Shown in pieces: positions 25,101 to 40,100 of a stretch of 59,803 nt of DNA. The first letter of the stretch is position 1. Each line of letters begins with the position of its first letter. The stretch lies in assembly GCA_032718475.1 (NCBI GenBank), contig JAUCBJ010004928.1, positions 1 to 59,803 of the forward strand, written 5' to 3'. Under the pieces are notes generated by a model, which saw nothing but the letters and a program-made list of their open reading frames with translations, was not told where the DNA came from and did not search any database. The translations under genes and the position numbers were made by a program. Origin of the DNA: Nemertoderma westbladi. Lineage: Eukaryota > Animalia > Xenacoelomorpha.

Positions 25101-28100
25101 AAAAATTACAATCAAAATTTACTAATACCAACAGTTAAATTAGCTGGAAATAAGTGCCGGAGCGTTAAGTTTTAAAAGTAATGTGAAATTAAAATTTAAC
25201 TAGGTAATAGTTAAAAGGGCAACACAGCAATATAGCAAAGCTAGTACGTGGCTGTGCGCCGTATAGGAGATTATTTACGAACTTAATACAGTAGTACATG
25301 TGTTCATTAGAATTACTACCGTATACGTTATATATAATTAAATTTAAAGCACCGCGTAGAAATATATGAATACATAAAAGTGAATGTATGTAGGCACGAC
25401 GTTTGAATTAAAAATTACAGACAAGGAGCCAAGTTAGAAATAAAGTAAACCCCAATTATAAGTGGATAACGGAATAGACAACAACGTTAATAATACGAGC
25501 CGTTAGCGACACCGCAATGAAAACTGACCAAAGCCTGGTGCTTTGGTTAGTTTTCAATGCGGTGTAGACCCCGCAGTTAAGTTCATTAATGAAATATTTT
25601 TTTAGTTTAGCAGAAAATATGTTTAATGATTGACACTCTTTAATTGAAATAGAAAATAAATTCCACAAAAAAGGACCGTGGATTAGGGCGTTAGAAAAGG
25701 GCGTGGAATATCGACTCTGAATTATTGGTCTTTGAGTCTAGTAGGACCAAATTGAGTTGACTATAGCTGTAGCAGAAGATGGTTGATCCATGAAGCATAT
25801 AGCGCAATAATAGTATAATAAAAAATTATAGTTGCATTAAATAAAAATAGTAGGCCTAGTTCTCCATCTCCGTCTCCGTCTCCCAGTGTCGTTGTTTCGC
25901 AGTATTGGATTGGCATGTTAAAGGTTAACAGCTACCGTATGTGGGTTCAGGGTGGTCCACTCCCATTTATATCGGTTGGTTTCAGAATTTGTATCAGTTG
26001 GTTATGTGGCCGCGTAAATAAGGATGCGCAGATGCCAACATAGGCTTCAGATCTGTACCGTTTCAACAGCTGTATTAGTATTGTTATAGTTATAGCAAGT
26101 ATAAATTGCGCGAAGGCCACTGAAACGCTTCAACATTTGGTTTAAGTTCCTCACTACTTCATGTGTTTCGCTACAATAATACATCCAGCCAGATACATGC
26201 CTATCCATGGATACAGCCAGGAGTAGTGGGGGTGTTGAGTTGACCCAAATAAGGCTCCTCTGCCTCTAAACCGTTCTTTCGGCTCATTTCAGCGTTTTAT
26301 CATGCTACAATGCTGATCGAAGGAATTGTTTCAATGGCTCTTTTTAATATTTCACATGCTGTGCAAAGGCTTATTAACACTTTCAACAGCGGTTTCAGTA
26401 TTTCCCATGCTGCACGAAGGCCTCTGATCAGTTTTACGACCAGCTCTTTTCAGTATTTCTCATGCTGCCTCTGAACAATTTCAGCAACTCTTTTCAGAAT
26501 TTATCACACAGCGTGAAAGCCATTGGACAGTTTTATCAGCTCTATAAGCCTATCATTCTTATGCCTGTAATGATATATTGTTAAATATGCTAAACCAGAT
26601 GGTTTAGGCGTATTGTTAACGCAGTACTCGTCCTCAGTACAAGCATCCTAGCGTTCGATCTGTTTTATCCTCCGCTTTGTAGGATATTTTTTTCGTCGTG
26701 AGGACCAGCCTGTGCACAATCTTATGCTTTGGCAGCCTCATGGAGTGAATAAGCATGGTGGACAGCCCATGACTTTCGTGAGACGCCTCCTAAAGGACAC
26801 GGCCTTGGCCTTGAAGATGCGGATAATCTCGCGAAAGTCATGGGGAATAGGGAGTTGTGGCGGTGCAACTTTGTTGATAAGCCGGCATAGCATTCTTAAT
26901 GTACGCTGCATTGGGCTTGCCAATTGTGGATTGCATGGTGGTGACAAAATAATGTTTTTGTTAAGCTGGCATAGCATCTCAATGTCCAGTTTCAATGCAG
27001 CAGGCCGATTATAGTAGTAGTCTCTGAATATTTGTCCTAAACATTGACAACGATCTTTATAACAACTATTCAAAGTATCGAAATTGTGCAAGTAACAAAC
27101 TGCTGATTGACGGCCAGGTGGATACATACATACATAGATAGATATACAACTGTATACATACACACCAAAACTTATGACAAATACTCCGCCTACTATGGGT
27201 AGGTTTGTTATTACTGATGTCATTCATGGTGAATTTTATCCACCATTGGGTTGACAACTATCCGCCAAAAATGCCACGCCCCGTTTCTCTCTCTTCTCCC
27301 CAAAAAACCCTTTTAGAAATGTTATCATAGTTGGAAACGGCGGGTGACAACGTATTTACTACCAGGTTATTTTGATATTTTATGAGATATATTTCACCCT
27401 CAGAGATGTTATTAAACCTCGGCTTCCTTCGCCTCTGTTAAATAACATGTCCTTGGGGAAAATATCTCGTAAAATAACAAAATAACCTGGTAATAAATAT
27501 AGATGTTACTAGATGCAACAGTTACAATTTATTGGAATTTAATACTCAATTAACAATTTATCCACAATGTTCTATTTCATCTTGATATTATTTGCGTTGT
27601 TAAATTCCAGCCTAATATTCAAATTCATTATTTTACTTATACAAATTTTATACCTTTCATGAAAGACAAAGCCGTAGTGTGAATGAACAGCAACAACATT
27701 ATAAAAGATATAAAACAATTGAAGTGAAAAAAAAGAAGTGCGATTTGATTTGAGATCTTGATAGGTTTGAATCCTAAATATTCAATTAATAATCAATCCT
27801 CAAAGTCAAGGAGACTCATGTTTTGGCTGTTGCGCACCAACTTGTACTCGAAGCGGTGGTGGGGGCTGCTTGGGTTTGTTGATGATGACTGATGACTTAT
27901 ATCGGTACTAATCGTTGTGTTTTATATTAATTGTTATTTTCTTGTTAGTGTATGTTTTCTTAGTGTTCAAGTGTAATATTAAAAGGATAATAAATCTTTA
28001 ATATTTCATAGAGAATTTAATATATTTCCTGCTGAGATTCATAACCATTGTAAACTCCTCACCCCATGAAAAAAATGTAAATTAATGTATTAATCTGTGT

Positions 28101-31100
28101 CAGTGTTTAATGTGAGATATTGAGAAATGAATTTAAGAAGGTAAAAGTGCAATTCGTCATTCAGGCAACAACGTATTGTAGGACTTAATTCTAGTATTAG
28201 CAGAAAATTAGCAGTGAAAAATGAGAATGTGCATCACATGTGGCTGCATGAATATTTTACATATATGTGGCATACATTGAAATGAAACAGTCCAGACACA
28301 TATGCAGTGCATACGTCTAAGCATATATGCTCCGAAAATGATACTGATAGTGCTGCATATGTGCATTATATTATATGTGCAGTGCACCAATATAATAATT
28401 TGTGAAAATGATGTGCCCATTCACATGCAAGCCACAAGTAGTGGCTTTGATCCAGAAAAATAATTTATTATTAGACCACATATGTGCTTATATTGCATAT
28501 ACTGTATATAATAACAGTTCGATACGGAGCACCTAAGTGGACATGAAATTCCTGTTCTTTCTTTTCCCTGTACCCCAACATAATGACTTACTTAGTCTCT
28601 ATATATTGACTATCTCATTATATTGACGTAGCTATCTCATTATATTGACTTAGCTATATCATTATATTGACGTAGCTATCTCAACATTGACTTAGCTATC
28701 TCATTATATTGACTTAGCTATCTCATTATATTGACTTAGCTATCTTAATATATTGACTTAGCTATCTCATTATATTGACTTAGCTATCTCATTATATTGA
28801 CTTAGCTATCTCATTATATTGACGTAGCTATCTCATTATATTGACGTAGCTATCTCAACATTGACTTAACTATATTATTATATTGACGTAGCTATCTCAT
28901 TATATTGACTTAGCTATCTTATTATATTGACGTAGCTATCTCATTATATTGACTTAGCTATCTCATTATATTGACTTAGCTATCTCATTATATTGACGTA
29001 GCTATCTCAACATTGACTTAACTATATTATTATATTGACGTAGCTATCTCATTATATTGACTTAGCTATCTCATTATATTGACGTAGCTATCTCATTATA
29101 TTGACGAAGCTTTCTCAACATTGACTTAACTATATTATTATATTGACGTAGCTATCTCATTATATTGACGTAGCTATCTCAACATTGACTTAACTATATC
29201 ATTATATTGACGTAGCTATCTCATTATATTGACGTAGCTATCTCATTATATTGACTTAGCTATCTCATTATATTGACGTAGCTATCTCAACATTGACTTA
29301 ACTATATTATTATAATGACGTAGCTATCTCAACATTGACTTAACTATATTATTATATTGACGTAACTATCTCAACATTGACTTAACTATCTCATTATATT
29401 GACGTAGCTATCTCATTATATTGACTTAGCTATCTCATTATATTGACTTAGCTATCTTAATATATTGACTTAGCTATCTCATTATATTGACTTAGCTATC
29501 TCATTATATTGACTTAGCTATCTTAATATATTGACTTAGCTATCTCATTATATTGACTTAGCTATCTCATTATATTGACGTAGCTATCTCGTTATATTGA
29601 CGTAGCTATCTCAACATTGACTTAACTATCTTATTATATTGACGTAGCTATCTCATTATATTGACTTAGCTATCTCATTATATTGACTTAGCTATCTCAT
29701 TATATTGACGTAGCTATCTCATTATATTGACGTAGCTTTCTCAACATTGACTTAACTATATTATTATATTGACGTAGCTATCTCAACATTGACTTAACTA
29801 TATTATTATATTGACGTAGCTATCTCATTATATTGACGTAGCTATCTCAACATTGACTTAACTATATTATTATAATGACGTAGCTATCTCAACATTGACT
29901 TAACTATATTATTATATTGACGTAGCTATCTCAACATTGACTTAACTATATTATTATATTGACGTAGCTATCTCAACATTGACTTAACTATATTATTATA
30001 TTGACGTAGCTATCTCAACATTGACTTAACTATATTATTATATTGACGTAGCTATCTCAACATTGACTTAACTATATTGACGTAGCTATCTCATTATATT
30101 GACGTAGCTATCTCAACATTGACTTAACTATCGCATTATATTGACATAGCTAACTTAGCTATCTCAATATATTGACGTAGCTATCTCATTATATTGACGT
30201 AGCTATCTCATTATATTGACTTAGCTATCTCATTATATTGACGTAGCTATCTCATTATATTGACTTATCTCATTATATTGACTTAGCTAACTTAGTTATC
30301 TTAATATATTAACTTAGCTATCTCATTATATTGACTTAGCTATATCATTATATTAACTTAGCAATCTTAATATATTGACTTAGCTATCTCATTATATTGA
30401 CTTAGCTATCTCATTATATTGACGTAGCTATCTCATTATATTGACGTAGCTATCTCAACATTGACTTAACTATATTATTATATTGACGTAGCTATCTCAT
30501 TATATTGACTTAGCTACCTCATTATATTGACGTAGCTATCTCATTATATTGACTTAGCTATCTCATTATATTGACTTAGCTATCTAATTATATTGACGTA
30601 GCTATCTCATTATATTGACGTAGCTATCTCAACATTGACTTAACTATATTATTATATTGACGTAGCTATCTCATTATATTGACTTAGCTATCTCATTATA
30701 TTGACGTAGCTATCTCAACATTGACTTAACTATATTATTATATTGACGTAGCTATCTCAACATTGACTTAACTATATTATTATATTGACGTAGCTATCTC
30801 AACATTGACTTAACTATATTATTATATTGACGTAGCTATCTCAACATTGACTTAACTATATTATTATATTGACGTAGCTATCTCAACATTGACTTAACTA
30901 TATTGACGTAGCTATCTCATTATATTGACGTAGCTATCTCAACATTGACTTAACTATCGCATTATATTGACATAGCTAACTTAGCTATCTCAATATATTG
31001 ACGTAGCTATCTCATTATATTGACGAGCTATCTCATTATATTGACTTAGCTATCTCATTATATTGACGTAGCTATCTCATTATATTGACTTATCTCATTA

Positions 31101-34100
31101 TATTGACTTAGCTAACTTAGTTATCTTAATATATTAACTTAGCTATCTCATTATATTGACTTAGCTATATCATTATATTGACTTAGCAATCTTAATATAT
31201 TGACTTAGCTATCTCATTATATTGACTTAGCTATCTCATTATATTGACGTAGCTATCTCATTATATTGACGTAGCTATCTCAACATTGACTTAACTATAT
31301 TATTATATTGACGTAGCTATCTCATTATATTGACTTAGCTACCTCATTATATTGACGTAGCTATCTCATTATATTGACTTAGCTATCTCATTATATTGAC
31401 TTAGCTATCTAATTATATTGACGTAGCTATCTCATTATATTGACGTAGCTATCTCAACATTGACTTAACTATATTATTATATTGACGTAGCTATCTCATT
31501 ATATTGACTTAGCTATCTCATTATATTGACGTAGCTATCTCAACATTGACTTAACTATATTATTATATTGACGTAGCTATCTCATTATATTGACTTAGCT
31601 ATCTCATTATATTGACGTAGCTATCTCAACATTGACTTAACTATATTATTATATTGACGTAGCTATCTCAACATTGACTTAACTATATTATTATATTGAC
31701 GTAGCTATCTCAACATTGACTTAACTATATTATTATATTGACGTAGCTATCTCAACATTGACTTAACTATATTATTATATTGACGTAGCTATCTCAACAT
31801 TGACTTAACTATATTATTATATTGACGTAGCTATCTCAACATTGACTTAACTATATTGACGTAGCTATCTCATTATATTGACGTAGCTATCTCAACATTG
31901 ACTTAACTATCGCATTATATTGACATAGCTAACTTAGCTATCTCAATATATTGACGTAGCTATCTCATTATATTGACGAGCTATCTCATTATATTGACTT
32001 AGCTATCTCATTATATTGACGTAGCTATCTCATTATATTGACTTATCTCATTATATTGACTTAGCTAACTTAGTTATCTTAATATATTAACTTAGCTATC
32101 TCATTATATTGACTTAGCTATATCATTATATTGACTTAGCAATCTTAATATATTGACTTAGCTATCTCATTATATTGACTTAGCTATCTCATTATATTGA
32201 CGTAGCTATCTCATTATATTGACGTAGCTATCTCAACATTGACTTAACTATATTATTATATTGACGTAGCTATCTCATTATATTGACTTAGCTACCTCAT
32301 TATATTGACGTAGCTATCTCATTATATTGACTTAGCTATCTCATTATATTGACTTAGCTATCTAATTATATTGACGTAGCTATCTCATTATATTGACGTA
32401 GCTATCTCAACATTGACTTAACTATATTATTATATTGACGTAGCTATCTCATTATATTGACTTAGCTATCTCATTATATTGACGTAGCTATCTCAACATT
32501 GACTTAACTATATTATTATATTGACGTAGCTATCTCAACATTGACTTAACTATATTATTATATTGACGTAACTATCGCAACATTGACTTAACTATTGTAG
32601 TGAGTGAAAGCTCAAAGGATCTAAGTTCAGGTAATCAGTATTGTCAGTTCGGGACTGTACCGGTAGTGAGTTGATGCTGCTGTACTGCAGTACTGCAGTA
32701 CTGCGATACTGCTTGATACTGCTAGACTGCAGTACTGCGATACTGCTTGATACTGCTGCTGTTTGTTGTATGTAATGCAGAATACTGGTGTGCGGATCTA
32801 ATATCATAATAATACTGATACTTAATATATGCAATATATGATCTACACAACACAAGCTAACCGGGCCTTGTTAGTGCTATACCGGTACCGAGTATTATTA
32901 TAATGGCGCCTAAGATATCAGACTACGTCAGCAAGTACGACGGAACGAGCGACGGGTGCGCATGGTTAAACACGTTTAATGATATTTTTGAAATATTAAT
33001 GATTGAATCGAAACTAAACGAAGAGAGTCGAGCGACCTACTTGCGATTATGCTTGAAAGGGGCAGCTCACGATGTGATTAGCCAATTAACAGAAACTGAG
33101 AAAAGTGATTTTGATATGATTCGTCGCAAGTTGATCGAGGCGTTCGCAGATACCGCTTATACAGCATACGAATGTTAAACATGGACTGATGTACTGTTAC
33201 TACACAGATCTGGATTGGGTGCATCAGTTAAGAATCGAACGTTGCTGGGAAACGAAACAGCTGACACATATTTAGCTGACTTACGGCGTTTGATATCTTT
33301 GTTTACCGAGGATACAAAAAGTAAATGTGCGAGTGACATACTTGCAGTTCAATTCGCGAATGGACTCCCAGATAGCGTACGTAGCGAAGTTAAGGCGATG
33401 GCAGGTAAGGTTGCAATCGAGGAGCTATTAGGTCAAGCGAGACGAATGTTAGCGGAACAACACGTCACTGTCGAGAGATTTGGTGCTTTGGGAATTCGCG
33501 GTTGGCAAAATTGCGGGAGAAGTGGAATGCGAGGAGGATCGGGCATTGGTCGCGGTGCCGTTGCAAATTATGGGTATGGTAGCAGTGGGCGTGGCAATGG
33601 TAACGATGGACGATGCTTTCAGTGCGAGCAATTTGGACATTTTGCACGTGATTGTCCAAACAGTATTCGAGGAGCAAGGGGAGGAAATAGCGATGCTTGC
33701 TTTAAATGTGGTGAACCGGGTCATGTTGCTAGGGGTTGTCGTGGTGGTGGACGTAATAACACTACTGGTGGAAATTCTGGAGTCCTGGGAAATAGATGGC
33801 AGGGTAATGGTGATGGTCAGTCGGGAAATGGGAGGCAAGGGCCGTTGCAGCCAACGGACGGTTCCTCGCAAAATTAGAGAACATTGTCCCAGTTGTTGGC
33901 ATGCAGGTTCGGGATGAAACAGGGATGGAGTTTAAAGTAAACACGCTTATAGATTCTGGCTGTAGCAAATCTCTGGTATCCTATCAATGGTGTAAACAGA
34001 GAAATATCTGCGTAAAATATTATTCTGAAGCAAACAGGAAACATAATATTGTAATGTTAGATGGTGAGTCAGAGACCCAGGTGATTGGAGAAATTGTTAT

Positions 34101-37100
34101 AAACATTGATAAAATAGATGGTATTGTGCAACAACCTTCAAACACTTTTCTAGTTATTTCAAAAATACTGAATGGAGAGATGGTAATTTTGGGGTACGAT
34201 ATCATAAAGCAGATGAGTCCAATTATGTTGATAAAGGTGCTTCATGGAAAAACCAACCAGTGTGCGCTGAACGAAATGGTAGGCAGAGCTGCCAAGATGA
34301 GTGATGTCGTTGTAAACTCACCACCATTGACTGCTGTTAAATCAAGAGTTGAACCTATAATCGAATTGAATGAGTCGGATTTCCACTGCACATTCGATGG
34401 TAAGGACTGGATAGCTGAGTTTAAATGGAAAAATGGACAGATTCCAACGCTGCATAACACCGTGACCCAGTATAAAATTCGTCCCGATCATCAAGATATG
34501 TTTGAGAAAGCAATGGAAGAGTGGATCGATCAAGGTTGGATTATTGAGTATGATCCACTTCAACATGGAGAAGTGAAGGGAACATTACCGATCATGGGTA
34601 AGCATGAGCCGAAGAAGGAGCGATTTCGTCCTATACTGGACTATAGAGAACTTAATCGTTATATTGAAAACTCTCCAGGACGTGAAGCTGCGGTGTGCGG
34701 GGAGAAAATGCGTATCTGGCACCGTATGCGAAGTAAAACTGCTATTGTAGATTTACGCTGGGCGTATATGCAAATTAAAATAAGTGAATCCTTAAGAACC
34801 TTTCAAACTGTGGTGTATAAGGGGCGTCGGTACATCGTGACGGTTATGGGATATGGGATGGCACCTGCTCCAAAAATCATGGACTGTGTGGTCGAGACAG
34901 TTTTGGCTGAGGATGAGGAAGTGGGTAACTCTAGTGCTAATTTTCGGGATGACATTTATATTAATACAGATCGTATTTTGGCAGATAAAGTTCGCATGCA
35001 CTTAGCCGAATATGGGTTGATAACAAAACCATCAGAACCAATTCAAAATGGTAGTCGTGTGCTTGGATTATATATCACCGAGGATCGAAATGGTAGGTTG
35101 TTATGGAATCGAGACTCTGAGATACCTGATAAAGTTCCTGATAGAATAACGCGACGTGATTTATATGTGTTGTGTGGTAAATTGATTGGCCACTACCCGA
35201 TATCAGGATGGTTACGGCCCGCTTGTGCGTGGCTACAAAGATGCTGCAGTGGTATTCCATGGGATTGTGTAGTGGACGACAGCATACAGGTAATGATGAA
35301 AGAAACAGTGGAACGCTTAAAAACTGATGATCCAGTGACAGGAGAGTGGGTGGTTCAGTCTACAACCCGTGGTGTGGTATGGACTGATGCAAGTTAAATC
35401 GCAAAAGGAATCATTATCGAGATTGGTGGTACAACAGTGGAAGACGCTGCTTGGTTACGGAAGGCAAACGATTCCAGTCACATCAACATTGCTGAGCTTG
35501 ACGCAGCTATTGAAGGCTTGAATTTAGCTATAGATTGGGGCCTAAAAGAAATAGAATTGATGGTGGCATTCAGTTGGTTAAAGGCCGTGGTTACTGATTC
35601 TCATCACATTAAAACAAAGGGACAGTCGAGAAAATTAATCACTAGACGTCTAGACCTGTTAGCAACCACAATCAAAGAGTTTGAGCTCACTATTCATCCT
35701 TATCTAATCGGTACGAATGAAAACAAAGCAGATCCGATGACTCGGGTTCCCAAGACATGGCTAAAACAAAATGTTGAAGAATGCGATGAAGATACAACTA
35801 TAAAAGCAGACGTTGCAGCTGTTACTGATATACATGATAGAGTTACTGAGATACATCAAATATTTCATCCTGGAGTGGAGCGCACAACCGAATTGTGTGC
35901 TCAAGATCGTGAATTGAACAGCCAAGTGAATAAAAAACTCATTAACTCAAAAATTATTAAAGATTAAAAAACTCAAAAACTCATTATTGGGACGCAGGTT
36001 CCACGAAAGTAAAGCATGCATGGACCCGATTATCAATAGACTTTGTCGAATATGGAACTCGCCATTATCTCTCTGTCAAAGATTGTGCAACGAGCTATAC
36101 AATAATTCGGTGTGTTGCGAATCTAACTGCAGCCAGTGCAATCCGGCAGCTGCAACAGATTTTTACAGAAATGGGCCCCCCGGATCAAGTTATTGCGGAC
36201 CATGGCCCAGCGTTTTGGAGCACAGACTTGCAAGAATTCATGAAGTTGTGGGAAGTACAGTTGTCATAAGCATGTGCCTATCGCCCTCAGGGCAATCCTG
36301 TTGAACGAGTACATCGAACTGTCAAGGCCTGGGCTGCGCGATCTGGTGAAACACTGGAACAGGCCGCTTTCTGGTTTAATAACACCAAAGGGAGAAACAA
36401 AGACACGACGCCAGCTGAGACGTGTTTCCGAGGTCTCGCAGAACGTAGATCAAAGTTACCTGGAATCACCCCTGTTGAAATTGCAGTAGACACAACAGTG
36501 CCAGTGCACAAAATAGCACCTGGTGATTGGGTATATGTTAAACCGGGTAGCCATGTGAAGTGCTGGAGACAGTGGAAAGGTCCAGTTCGTGTAGACTCGG
36601 TGGACAACTGGGCAGTGGTAATTAAAGGAGTAAGAAGACATTTTAACGATGTCAGAAAAACATGTGAACCAGAAAACATCTACCAACCAGAACGTGACAT
36701 ATATCATAGTATGGAAGGCGACAATGGCAGTGATGACGAGGATAGCGAGTATAAAGACGAAGACGACGACTCTCATGATGAGGTAACTGCTAGGCCAACA
36801 ACACGCATCGGTCATCAAGTACGCCCCCCCCCTCAAGGTATATTGAAGAGTGTTGAATAATAGTGGCACTTTGCGAATTATTTCGAACTAACCTGAGAAC
36901 ATTATCATATGGCAGCGCATGACTACCAAACTAAAACTGAAACTATGGCACACTTACAGTACATTGTATGAAATTAAAGTTTTGAAAAAACTGGGGGGGA
37001 TGTAGTGAGTGAAAGCTCAAAGGATCTAAGTTCAGGTAATCAGTATTGTCAGTTCGGGACTGTACCGGTAGTGAGTTGATACTGCTGTACTGCGATACTG

Positions 37101-40100
37101 CTTGACTGCGGTACTGCTGCTGTTTGTTGTATGTAATGCAGAATACTGGTGTGCGGATCTAATATCATAATAATAGAGATACTTAATATATGCAATATAT
37201 GATCTACGCAACACAACTATATTATTATATTGACGTAGCTATCTCAACATTGACTTGACTATATTATTATATTGACGTAGCTATCTCATTATATTGACGT
37301 AGCTATCTCAACATTGACTTAACTATCGCATTATATTGACGTAGCTAACTTAGCTATCTCAATATATTGACGTAGCAAGTAGTTGACGCAGTAAAAATAT
37401 ATGTACTCACGGGTTGTCAGAATTTATATTATTATTTGTATTGTATTTAATTAATTTCGTTAATTTTAAATAGTATCCAAAAGTATAGTATCCTACCATG
37501 CGGCCCCTAAGACTCCTATTTGATCGCAACATTCATACCATTAATAGATTAATATTTATTTTTTAAATATGATTGTATTATTTTATTATATTATTACTAT
37601 AATTATTTATTTATATATTAATATTATTTAAGTCATATTGTCTTTCAGGTGTTTTTTTAATGTTTGTTTAAATATTGTTGCGGATTTTATATTTATAATA
37701 TTGTTTGGTAGACTGTTCCAAAATAAAGGTCCTAACACGGAGATAGATTGGTGAGCGACATGTAGATGAGTTAGAGGAATTACTAGTTTACCTGAGGCGG
37801 ACGATCGGGTGTTGTAATGATGAAATTCAGATGATTTAGAAAATAGAGTCGATAAAGGGTGATTTGTGTTTGATAAAGCATCAAAAAGTAGTTGGCCTAA
37901 GTGAAATTTAAATAGAGATTCAAGGGGAAGAATATTTAATGATCTGTAAATAGGGACAGAGGAAGCTTGGTAGTGGCTAAAAGTTATGCAGCGAATTATT
38001 TTATTAATTTTTATTCTAAGCGGGCGTATTGTCGTTGTATGTGTGGAACCCCATGCTAATATAGAGTATGTAATATACGGATGTACGAGACAGAAGTAGA
38101 GTGTGCAAAGAATTTCAAGGGGAAATATGTGCCTTAATTTATAAAAAATGCCTGATGTTTTGCAAATTTTAGCGAGGATATAATTAATATGTGATTTCCA
38201 ATTTAGTTTTCGGTCCATCAATACACCTAGAAATTTCGCACACTCCACCTGTTTAATATTATTGTTTTTTATTTTTATTTTCGGTAAGCAGTCGTGCCGT
38301 TGATTACTGGATATGAAATATTCTGTTTTAGTTAGGTTTAGTGATAAGCGGTTGTCGACTAGCCAATCAGAGATCTTGTCTAGCTCGTAGTTAGCAGTAG
38401 TAATTAGTAGTTCAAGATCTTTGTGGCTATGAAGAAGGGTTGTGTCATCAGCGAAGAGGGTGGTCAGAAGGTTAGAAGCGTTAGGTAGATCATTAATATA
38501 TAGTAAGAAGAGTAGTGGTGATAATACCGAACCTTGGGGAGTGCCACAACTCAGATGCAAAGGCGGTGAAAGACAGTTATTTAGTTTGATAAAAAGCTTT
38601 GAAATAAATTTTTTGGTGTTCCGCGGATTCCATATGTATCTAATTTTTTTAATAAAATGTTGTGATCTAATGTATCGAATGCTTTTTTCAAGTCGATATA
38701 GATAGCACAGGCTGAGTTTTTAGAGTCCAGTATAGATCGAATTTTTTCAGTAACCGTTAATATGGCATATGATGTTGATATTTTTTTCCTGAAGCCGAAC
38801 TGTCGTGATGCTAAAATTGAAAAGCGTTCGAGGTAGTTTTGAAGTTGGGAATATATAATTTGTTCATAAATTTTGCTAAATACCGGTAAGAGAGAAATTG
38901 GGCGATAGTTATTTGGATCGAGTGGATCACCCCCCTTATAGTTTGGTATTATTTTAGCATATTTTAGGCAATCAGGAAAGTTTCCAATAGTAATCTCTCT
39001 CGGGGCAAATACCACACCCTGGTTTGCCATTCCACAGGGTGGGTGTCGCAATGGAGTCAGATATGAGGCCCATCACCCATATCTACTCTGGCGTACATAT
39101 AATAGTAATAGATAGGTTAATTAAGTAAGTAAGGTGGTGATAGGTGAGCAAGTGGTTCAGCAATGGTTCTTAGAAGTTTAGAAGGAAAGTTATCGTTAGT
39201 AGCGGAGTTTGTATTTAATTGTAGTATCAAGTAGTGGAATACCGGGACAGTAGTGGGTACTAGAGAGAATGATTTAGAATTATAGCTACGGATGTGTCGG
39301 GTAGGTGATCGTACTGGGCGGGGCATAGAACGTTCTAATTTTGAGCCTATAGAACTGAAATGCTCATTTAATGTGGAGGCAATTTTAATAGGGTCATTTG
39401 TTGTTTTGATGCCGTCGCTCGTAATAAAATTCATCTTAGTTGGCATTGCCGATTTTTTGGATCTATATAGAACAGAATTAATAACAGCCCAGGTTTTGCG
39501 CATGTTGCCTCTGTTTTTATTAAATTGTGACTCATAGTACGATTTTTCTGCAGCTTTTAATATTGTATTAAGACCGTTTTTATATTTTTTGTAATTTGAT
39601 CCGTTATATGCTGTTGGAATTTTTAAAAATTTGGAGAAAAGTCTGTTCTTTTTTTTAATACATTTTAATAAGGCTTGAGTTATCCATGGTTTGTGTGTAA
39701 TCTTCCTTTTCAGTATAAATTTTTTTTGTAGGTGTTTATTACATATTTTTTCAAAATATTGGTAAAAGTGTTCGAATTTTGAGTCAAATTTCGAATATCT
39801 TGCGATCTGTATGAGCTCATTGGAACCGATTGGAAGTCAAATAAAAAGTCTGTGGCCTTAAATTTTGAGTAGTCATAGGTTGTTATTTTTTTGGGTTGTT
39901 CAAAAAATGCTGAGAACTCCTGAAAAATTGCAAAAGTTGCTAAATGGTCCGTTGTGCCATACTCAGATAAAAAGACTCCAGAGCTGTTTATGCATGTCGA
40001 AATATTTGTAATTATATGATCCAGGGTAGAGTTTGCTCCAAAGACTATACGTGTAGGTTGTTTTATAAGCTGAGTAAAACCGTAAGAGGATATTGTCTTA

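Larger units (their letters stand above)
32596..37215 (+). mobile_element. Full-length but degenerate Ty3/Gypsy LTR retrotransposon (Cigr-1-like by motif) inserted in the minisatellite
   Basis: LTRs 32596-32854 and 37001-37215 (TG...CA), TSD actat on both sides, PPT aaaaaactggggggga; gag with two CCHC knuckles, protease LIDSG, RT FRDD, RNase H WTDAS...HINIAELDA, frameshifted integrase. Confidence 0.95.

Noticed and set aside
33174-33227. 54-nt GT...AG intron in Gypsy gag that would remove the stop
   Set aside because: Poor donor (GTTAAA) and no pyrimidine tract; a simple post-insertion indel explains it.
28600-37378. CRISPR array or coding repeat in the 22-bp array
   Set aside because: No spacers, and stop codons are frequent on both strands with no ORF in the track.
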